The position numbers and the translations under genes are program-made. Positions 9,421-16,912 of a DNA stretch of 16,912 nt are shown piece by piece; within the stretch, counting starts at the first letter, position 1; every line of letters starts with the position of its first letter. Location of the stretch: assembly GCF_006345805.1 (NCBI RefSeq), contig NW_021824997.1:1-16912 (forward strand). The letters run 5' to 3'. The notes under the pieces are model-generated. The model worked only from the letters and a program-made list of their open reading frames with translations. It ran no database searches and was not told the DNA's origin. Origin of the DNA: Octopus sinensis (Eukaryota).

Positions 9421-10195
9421 ATTAGATTGATTTCCAATATAGGCACAAGAGCTCGTACTTCGAGGAGGTGTATTGCCGATTATATCGATTCTAGCGCTTC
9501 ATTCGAGCACTTTATTTATCAACATTGGAATAACGAAAAACAGAATTGGATCTCTGTGCAATTTAAACTCTGAATAGTAAGATACGTAAATACATACCAC
9601 AAGACATTTTGTCTGACACTCTACCAATTTAGCCATTCCTCCATCATTAGATATTGGTTTCAAATTTTGGCAGAAGGTCAACATTTTCGAGGTGGGCGAG
9701 TAAGTCGGTTACATGAGCGGTATTTCGTCTGCCGCTACGTTCTCAGTTCGAATTCCGCCGAGGTCGACTTTGCCTTTCATCCTTTCGAGGTCGATAAATT
9801 AAGTACCAGATACGCACTGGGGTCGATGTAATCGACTTAATACCTATGTCTGTCCTTGTTTGTCCCCTCTGTGTTTAGCCCCTTGTGGGTAATAAAGAAA
9901 TAGGTTACATCGATCTCAGTATTCAACTGGTACTTATTTTATCGACCCCGAAAGAATGAATGGCAAAGCCCGCCTCCATTGTTAAATATTGACTTTAAAT
10001 TAAGCACAGAACCAGTAATTTCCGGGCAAGGGTAAGTCAGTTACATCGACCCCCATCGACTACGGAAGGCTGAAAGACAGTCACCTCGGCAAAATTTGAA
10101 CTAAGATCATAAAAACACACGAAATACTACTGAGCATTTGGCCCGACGTGCAATCGATTCTGCCAGCTCGGAGCCTTCCTCCATCGTTAAATGTC
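9421..10195 (-). mobile_element. Head-to-tail array of three degenerate SINE-A copies
   Basis: Units at ~9421-9637, 9655-9972 (split by an insertion) and 9990-10177. Each is followed by a cctccat(c/t)(a/g)tta(g/a)at linker. Confidence 0.65.
9715..9902 (+). mobile_element. Young 5'-truncated SINE family A copy nested in an older opposite-strand copy, 8-bp TSD
   Basis: ggttacat at 9707-9714 and 9903-9910. B-box-like agttcgaattcc, core gactttgcctttcatcctttcgaggtcgataaattaagtacc, tail ending aataaagaaata. Confidence 0.9.
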
Positions 10196-10274
10196 GACTA
10201 GGTAATATATTAGTGTATGAATAATGAAGAAAAGTTGATAATGAACAAGGGAAATACATCGCAACTGATATGTT

Positions 10275-10378
10275 TGCGTGTGTGTGTGTGTGTGTATCTA
10301 TGGATGTGTATGCATGTATATATGAGTGTGTGTGTACGTGTGTGAGAAAGAGAGAGAGACAGACAGACAGACAGAGAG
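10275..10378. repeat. (TG)n/(GA)n/(GACA)n microsatellite
   Basis: Direct reading. Confidence 0.9.
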
Positions 10379-10384
10379 AACTCG

Positions 10385-10490
10385 GAGCTTATGGTGTTGT
10401 ACTTTCGGTCGCAAAATCGTGCTTCTGATACCCGAGCCACTTCATTTAGCGCTGCTCCAGCCCACCCAGCCGTAAAAAGGTGACCCTGCA
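10385..10490 (+). mobile_element. Old CORE-like SINE relic
   Basis: gctgctccagcccacccagccgtaaaaagg resembles the CORE-like middle of the 3446-3740 copy. Confidence 0.35.
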
Positions 10491-10790
10491 TTGGATTGGT
10501 GCGTTTCGGACAGTAAAATATTAGCCTGCTCACCAAGCGAGCGGAATTAAGTGATTTCTAAGCTACAGCAATGCAAGAAAGCGCATTGTGACTAGCGGTG
10601 TACAACACCATTCAATAGCGTACATACATAATGCTCGAGATGAGGAGTAGAAAAAAAGGCGACAACTGATAAAGGGTCGTTCTTTGTGTTACTTGTCCTG
10701 TTTTCTATTTTTTCTCTCGTTGTTTGCGTATTTAACTCGCTTGTTTTCGTACTTTATGTTGTTTATACAGTTGGTGACGTCTTGTACCCA

Positions 10791-10800
10791 TATATGCATA

Positions 10801-10887
<87 letters not shown>

Positions 10888-10957
10888 CATATATACACAT
10901 ATATATTATTTATATACGCACACACACACATACATACACACACATATACATATATAG
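10791..10957. repeat. (TA)n/(CA)n microsatellite
   Basis: Direct reading. Confidence 0.95.
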
Positions 10958-11220
10958 ATGAATATACGGGTGTGCAGGAAAGAAAATATATCTACATTTT
11001 TTATTGATTTCAGTGACTTGCTTGTGGCCATGCTAGAGCACAACTATCAAGCATCTGAGTGTGTGATATCGATTAACTCCCGGCTAAACACTATCTGTTC
11101 TCACAGTAAATTTCCTTTGTCTTTGTAAATTGGCTGAACTTTTTGTCATTTCATGACGATATTTGAACATATAATTTGCCATAGCAATGGTAATATATCT
11201 GAACGTATGTGTGCGTGTGT

Positions 11221-11600
11221 GCAATGGCCCAGTGGTTAGGGCAGCGGACTCGCGGTCATAGGATTGCGGTTTCGATTCCCAGACCGGGCGTTGTGAGTGT
11301 TTATTGAGCGAAAACACCTAAAGCTCCACGAGGCTCCGGCAGGGGATGGTGGTGATCCCTGCTGTACTCTTTCACCACAACTTTCTCTCACCCTTACTTC
11401 CTGTTTCTGTTGTACCTGTATTTCAAAGGGCCGGCCTTGTCACTCTCTGTGTCACGCTGAATCTCCCTGAGAACTACGTTAAGGGTACGCGTGTCTGTGG
11501 AGTGTTCAGCCACTTACACGTTAATTTCACGAGCAGGCTGTTCCGTTGATTCGGATCAACCGGAACCCTCGTCGTCGTAACCGACGGAGTGCTTCCACCC
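11221..11600 (+). mobile_element. Near full-length tRNA-derived SINE family C with intact Pol III boxes
   Basis: A box TGGCCCAGTGG (11225-11235) and B-box-like GGTTTCGATTCC (11268-11279). The head is tRNA-like with TCG near the anticodon position (Arg-like). The 3' domain is shared with 3446-3608. Confidence 0.85.
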
Positions 11601-11779
11601 CAGAGCAAGATGGCATCCGTGAACGAGTGTGGCTTACTAACATGTATCGTGTTTTCTTTGGTCTCTCTGTAGTAACAAGCACACGTAGACATCCTCTTAA
11701 CTTTTCCACTTTTTGACTTAGCGGTTCAACCAGGACTTGACGACGCTTGAGGGAGAAGGGAGAGGTGCACAGAAAGCGA

Positions 11780-11912
11780 CACCAGCACACGTTTGGGACG
11801 CATTTTCTCTTGTATAGGGAGCAATGTGACAGGAAGGGCTATGGTCAAGTACATAAAGGGACCCCCCAGTCCAGGAATTGGTCGTTGGCTGAACACTAAC
11901 CATTAGGCCACA
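11780..11912 (-). mobile_element. Degenerate tRNA-derived SINE head
   Basis: Minus strand gtggcctaatggttagtgttcagc (A-box-like) followed by a decayed CORE-like segment. Confidence 0.35.
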
Positions 11913-11925
11913 AATCGCCATGAAT

Positions 11926-12080
11926 TCGTGCGCGAGTGTGTGCATAAGTGTGTATGTATGTGTGTGTGTTTGTGTATGACTTTGCGCGTGTCTGTGTATG
12001 CGTGTGTGTCTAGGTGTGCGTGCCTCTGTGTGTGTGTGTTGTGTATCAATTTGCGTGTGTCTGTGTATGCGCGCGCGCGT

Positions 12081-12112
<32 letters not shown>

Positions 12113-12230
12113 TTCTTTGCCTATGTACGTATTGCATTGTGTACGCATGCGTTGTCTTTCATTGCGTATGCACGTGTTTCTTTGTGCATGTGTGTGTGAG
12201 ATGGTGTGTATGCGCACGCCTAAGCGTGCT
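11926..12230. repeat. Imperfect (TG)n/(CG)n microsatellite
   Basis: Direct reading. Confidence 0.9.
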
Positions 12231-12472
12231 ACATGAGTTATATGTGGACGAACATGTCTATGAAATTTATGCAACAGCACGCACGCCGCAAAATGTCTTT
12301 AGCTTCTACTCACAGATCATTCATTCACAGAATTGGTAAAAATCTTCACCGTTACAAGACTTGGCATCACTCTGTCTGTCCTTCTGTTTGTTTGTCTGTC
12401 TCTCTAGATCTACACGTTTCCTCTTGTTTATTTCTATCTTTTCCCTTCTCTCTCTCTCCTTCTCTCCCTCAC

Positions 12473-12519
12473 TATGTATGTATGTATGTATGTATGTATG
12501 TATGTATGTATTATGTATG

Positions 12520-12551
<32 letters not shown>

Positions 12552-12566
12552 CATCTATCTATTTAT

Positions 12567-12618
<52 letters not shown>

Positions 12619-12802
12619 GCATATAGATACACGATCCCTATTGATCTTTTTTTCTTCCCTTATTTTCTTTCTTTCCCTTTTACGATCCCTTTTGATCGAA
12701 AACCTACCCCACCACTTTTTTCTCTCCCCCAAAAAGAAAAGCTCTGCTCTGTAATCTGTCCCGTCTGTGTGCAGCCCTGCCTGTATGGCTAATAAAGAAA
12801 CA

Positions 12803-12881
<79 letters not shown>

Positions 12882-12949
12882 TTACCTATCTATCTATCTA
12901 TATTTGTATCTATCTATCTATTTTTTACTTCTGTATCTTATAGTGTGTG

Positions 12950-12982
<33 letters not shown>

Positions 12983-13012
12983 CTGTGTGTGTGCGTGTGT
13001 GCACGCGTGTAT
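12473..13012. repeat. (TATG)n/(TATC)n/(TG)n microsatellites
   Basis: Direct reading. The TATC tract is interrupted at ~12620-12802. Confidence 0.95.
12625..12802 (+). mobile_element. Probable retroposon 3' end inserted in (TATC)n; tail similar to SINE family A
   Basis: tgtcccgtctgtgtgcagccctgcctgtatggctaataaagaaaca versus tgtcccctctgtgtttagccccttgtgggtaataaagaaata (9861-9902). Confidence 0.55.
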
Positions 13013-13047
13013 ACGCATGAAAGCGTTTGAGTTATGTGAGAATCACA

Positions 13048-13170
13048 TCAGTCCTACAGCGCAACATATTAGACAATTGTGTTCCATTAAAGCCCCGAAA
13101 CGACCAATGCCTTGCGAGTGAATTTGGTAGACGGAAACTGCGTAGAAGCACATCATATATTTATACATGC

Positions 13171-13215
<45 letters not shown>

Positions 13216-13330
13216 GTTCTTGTAAGTTGGCGGACCGATAGGAAAAATGCTTAAAAGTGAATACTGAGGGGTGGGGAGTCGATCTGTTCGACTAAACCCT
13301 TCAAGGTGGTCGCTGTCCAATGTATGGCCG
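13048..13330 (+). mobile_element. Degenerate SINE family B copy with expanded internal (TG)n
   Basis: gagtgaatttggtagacggaaactg and gtcgatctgttcgactaaa motifs. Confidence 0.7.
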
Positions 13331-13552
13331 GAGGAAAATATAAAAGGTATAAATAAATACACACACACACACACACACACACACATATTTATACGCACAC
13401 ACACATACACACATAGAGACAAAGAAACACACATGTACACAAACGTAAAGTATATTGATGTACATACATATATAAATGTACATGTATATATGTGTGCATA
13501 TATGTATATATATATATATTCTGTTTTTAATTCAATGAATGATCTGTGAGTA

Positions 13553-13873
13553 GACCATGCTGGAGCACCGCCTTTAGTCGAACAAATCGACCTCAGAACT
13601 TATTCTTTGCAATCCCAGTACTTATTCTGTCGGTTCCTTTTGCCGAACAGCTAGGTTATGGGTACAGAAACACACGAGCATCTGTTGTCAAGCGACGGTG
13701 GAGGGGAGACAAACACTGACACACAAATATATACATATATATACAACGGGTTTCTTACAGTTTCCATCTACCAAATCCACTCAGAATGCTTTGGCTGGCT
13801 CGAGGCTATAGCAGAAGATACTTACCCAAGGTGCCACACAGTGGGACTTTCTTACCACACAGCCACGCCTACG
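13553..13873 (-). mobile_element. SINE family B copy, B-box region deleted
   Basis: Minus strand starts gtaggcgtggctgtgtggtaag, contains ggatttggtagatggaaactg and ends gactaaaggcggtgctccagcatgg. Confidence 0.85.
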
Positions 13874-13876
13874 TCT

Positions 13877-13937
<61 letters not shown>

Positions 13938-14021
13938 ATAAGGATAAGATCATTATTCAAGTTACTGATCATATCAGGTGGCTAGCATGGGAATATAACC
14001 CTCTTAGGTAATAATTATTAT

Positions 14022-14212
14022 TATAATTATAATTAAGGTATCTAAGAGATAGCAGCATGCTAGATATAGCTGCCAAAACTTTACTCTAAAACCACTTGAG
14101 ATGTTCATACAGCACCTGGTGCTGTATGAACATTTAATGTGGTTTTAGAGTCAAGTTTTGACTGCTATATCTAGCATGCTGGTATCTCTTAGATACCTTA
14201 ATTATGATTATA
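14022..14212. repeat. 191-bp near-perfect palindrome (95-bp arms, centre T14117), MITE-like
   Basis: Ungapped symmetry about 14117 with 8 mismatches in 95 (hand count). Both ends are TA-rich. Confidence 0.95.
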
Positions 14213-14221
14213 TATATATAT

Positions 14222-14620
14222 AATACAAAATGGGACAAGAACGCAAAACATCCAAATAGACTATACAAAAAACACGGACGGGTCATTCGAAGCCTTTAAT
14301 CTTCAGTCAAGTACCGGATCATCCTCGCAATTTCGGCTGATTAATCTTGTGATTGCTCCAATCCGGCCAGCCCCAAGGAAAAACTAAGCTAACAGCATTA
14401 GATTTCTCGGGAAATGGATCGAATGTGTACGAAACAAGGACAGAAAAACGGACGATGCTACACGAATATAAATATATATAAAAAATAATAATAATACGAA
14501 TATAAATGCAAAGAAACAATAATAATAACAGGACACAGCAACAGGCGTCTTTCGACCAGAAACGAATTGAACTCAGCTGGCGTATTGAGTGAGAATTAAG
14601 CCTTGTGGCAGACGAAATCA
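14222..14620. mobile_element. Probable interspersed repeat fragment of unknown class
   Basis: CpG-richer complex sequence abutting (TA)n. On the minus strand it ends cgttcttgtccca, similar to cgtcttgtaccca before the (TA)n at ~10790. Confidence 0.3.
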
Positions 14621-15179
14621 ACGGTGTTACCGTGCCCGTGGCCCGACGCAAAAGGGCTATGCATTCCTGTATATGTATTTATGTATATATGCGTGTGTAT
14701 ATACACATGTACACACGCACACACACATACACACACACACACAGATAGATATAGACGCAGATATAGATATGGATGTACGTTCAGACAGACGCACACGTAT
14801 GACCATATCCTATATGAATACGTCCATAGAGAAAGCATTTTTTGGTTCTAGCGAGAAAAGAATCGTTGGCAAAATAACAATAACCACAACAACAACAATA
14901 TACAAACACAAACGGTGACATGCAGAGGCAAAAAAAAAAAAAAAGACGCGCGCGTGCGCAGTCGCTGTCGTCAGACGGTGATTGTATAAGGGTGTATGAG
15001 TGTTAGATTGCAGTATAGAGAGACAGATATTGACGACGTAAGACGCGGGGAGGTCTGTTGTGTCAATAGGCTTGCTATGGACACATTTCCTGTTGAAATT
15101 CTCGCCCTTAATCCAACAAACAGAACATACCATCGCTTTACTACTTCCTGTTCAATGTGGCAAGAATTTCATTCAATGT

Positions 15180-15305
15180 AAGTGTGTGGTGTTTTGGTGT
15201 GGGTGCGTGCGTGTCTGATATGCATAGGTATACACGTAATATATATATATATATATATATATATACATGCATAAATATATATATATATATGTATGCATAT
15301 ATATA

Positions 15306-15347
<42 letters not shown>

Positions 15348-15545
15348 TATATACACACATACATATATGTGTATACACACACACACATATATATATATAT
15401 TTTTAAACATATTATGTATGGATCTATCTATCTATATATATATACAACATACATACATACATACACATATATGCATGTATGTACTTATGTACGTATCTGT
15501 GTGTGCCTGTGTGTGTGTGTGCCTGCGGGTGTGTGTGTGTCTGTG
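15180..15545. repeat. Compound (TA)n/(CA)n/(CATA)n/(TG)n microsatellite
   Basis: Direct reading. Confidence 0.95.
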
Positions 15546-16624
15546 AATGCAATATTTACAATGTTATATTTTCAGGTAAATATGAACGAAAAGTGTATCT
15601 CACTGTTTTGTTTTCATTTTTAAACCGAGACACCTTTACGTCTCTGTCTTTCTCTCCCTTTAATCCTCCCCACCACCACCACACACACACAAGCACCACA
15701 TACCTACACACACACACACACAGACTCAACTCCACACAAGCAAAGATATACGCACTAGCATTTGTACTCGTACACCACCACCCCGTACACATGAATGTTA
15801 TGAAATGGAAGCTTGTGAGGCGAGACGTCGCTAATACCAATAAAACCACAAGCGTTTGTGAGAAATATTCAAATATTGACCAAGCAAATCTTCTCCCCCC
15901 CCCCCCCCAACGCACACACACTGCTATATAATCATTTTGTAAACTTAATTCTACGAAATGCGAGACACAGAGCTTTTTTTTTTTTTCATTTCCGATAAGC
16001 CACATGTTCATGCATTTCCTGCAATGTTTTTCTGCCACATGGAGCAGTGTCAGTGGTCAAAGCCAACAGAAGGCTAACTCGATTCCCATCGCAACCGATA
16101 TAGGAAAATAGTGATTGGAGTATCACTGATGTTGCAATTAAGCCATCAGCTCAATAAAAATCCGTTTTATGCCACTCAAGCAGCATTGGACTCAAAAAGC
16201 TATATGTGTATCATACATAATGTAAATACATCACTAAAAAGCAAATTTTTCTGCTGTTCTAATACGCCTTCTATTTCATATTTTTATTCATACGGGTAAT
16301 TAATTGCAACATTATCTACAAAATGACTGAATGGCCATGGCTGGAATTCACTTTCTTCACAGTTGCATCGTGAAGCTTGAAAGATGGCTAAACAACGTTA
16401 CATGGAGGTAGAGAAAAAAGCCCTCTTTTTAAACATATAGTATTCATTTAGGGTGTGCACTTATTTCCGAGTCTGTTCTTTTTCTACTGCAATGAAAAAC
16501 ACTCCCCCAAATAGTAACAGTCGACGAAACCATCCAAAGTTCGTAGAGAATAAGAGAATAAGAGAATAAGATAGACACACGAACTCTATCAAATAAAAAT
16601 AAAAATAAACAGTAATGAAACTTT

Positions 16625-16912
16625 TAGGGGTGAAACATGTTAATCCTGTTCGAAATAATAATGCGTAGCTCGGACATCAGAGAGTCTCGCCAAGGCGATA
16701 TGGTGCTTCTCCGAGTTCAGAGGTCACAGCTCCGATACTACGGATATACGATTAAAATGTGGCAGGAAAGAATCTCAAAACGGATTGTTCAAACCGAACC
16801 AACCGGCAGGAGGTCTAGAGGTAGATCAAGAATGAGGTGGTTGGATAATATCTATAATCGCCGTTGGTTACACTTGGGAATTCAGTCGCAAAGAGTAAGT
16901 AAAGACGGTTTT
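16625..16912 (+). mobile_element. RTE-clade LINE ORF C-terminal relic, continuing beyond the window
   Basis: Frame from 16637 is open to the window end: MLILFEIIMRSSDIRESRQGDMVLLRVQRSQLRYYGYTIKMWQERISKRIVQTEPTGRRSRGRSRMRWLDNIYNRRWLHLGIQ. This matches the RTE RSQLRWxGH...GRRPRGRPRxRWLD signature. Confidence 0.85.

Noticed and set aside
11221-11292. Possible tRNA gene
   Set aside because: A and B boxes are present but there is no complete cloverleaf or poly-T terminator, and it continues into a SINE body.
3466-11549. Two 67-aa ORFs sharing TLNLPENYVK...NFT.RLFR
   Set aside because: The similarity comes from the shared SINE 3' domain and the N-termini are unrelated. No evidence of coding function.
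14275-14315. Minus-strand CTGAAGA...CGAA as a second hammerhead
   Set aside because: No GAAA core with a closing stem II and no convincing stem III/I.
6704-16038. Numerous YI/CV/HT/YLSI-repeat ORFs
   Set aside because: Microsatellite translations that are open on both strands.
16546-16571. (gagaataa)x3 tandem repeat
   Set aside because: Ordinary short slippage repeat.

Overview
AT-rich, microsatellite-dense eukaryotic non-coding DNA (intron or intergenic) dominated by interspersed repeats. The SINE families and the TA/CA/AAT/TATC density suggest an octopus genome (inference from recalled repeat motifs; no search was run). No intact protein-coding gene is supported, and almost all ORFs in the track are translated microsatellites. 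Supported content: two RTE-clade LINE C-terminal relics (7813-8130 minus; 16625-16912 plus, running off the window), a probable R4/Dong-like LINE 3' end sitting in (AAT)n, and several tRNA-derived SINE families, including a nested insertion with an 8-bp TSD. There is also a degenerate 21-bp minisatellite and a few candidate minus-strand exons. The most unusual structures are fold-backs: a ~460-bp element with 138-bp inverted arms around a degenerate minimal-hammerhead motif (7006-7468), a 191-bp spacer-less palindrome (14022-14212) and a local inverted duplication of a SINE segment (5088-5693). All identity figures are hand counts.
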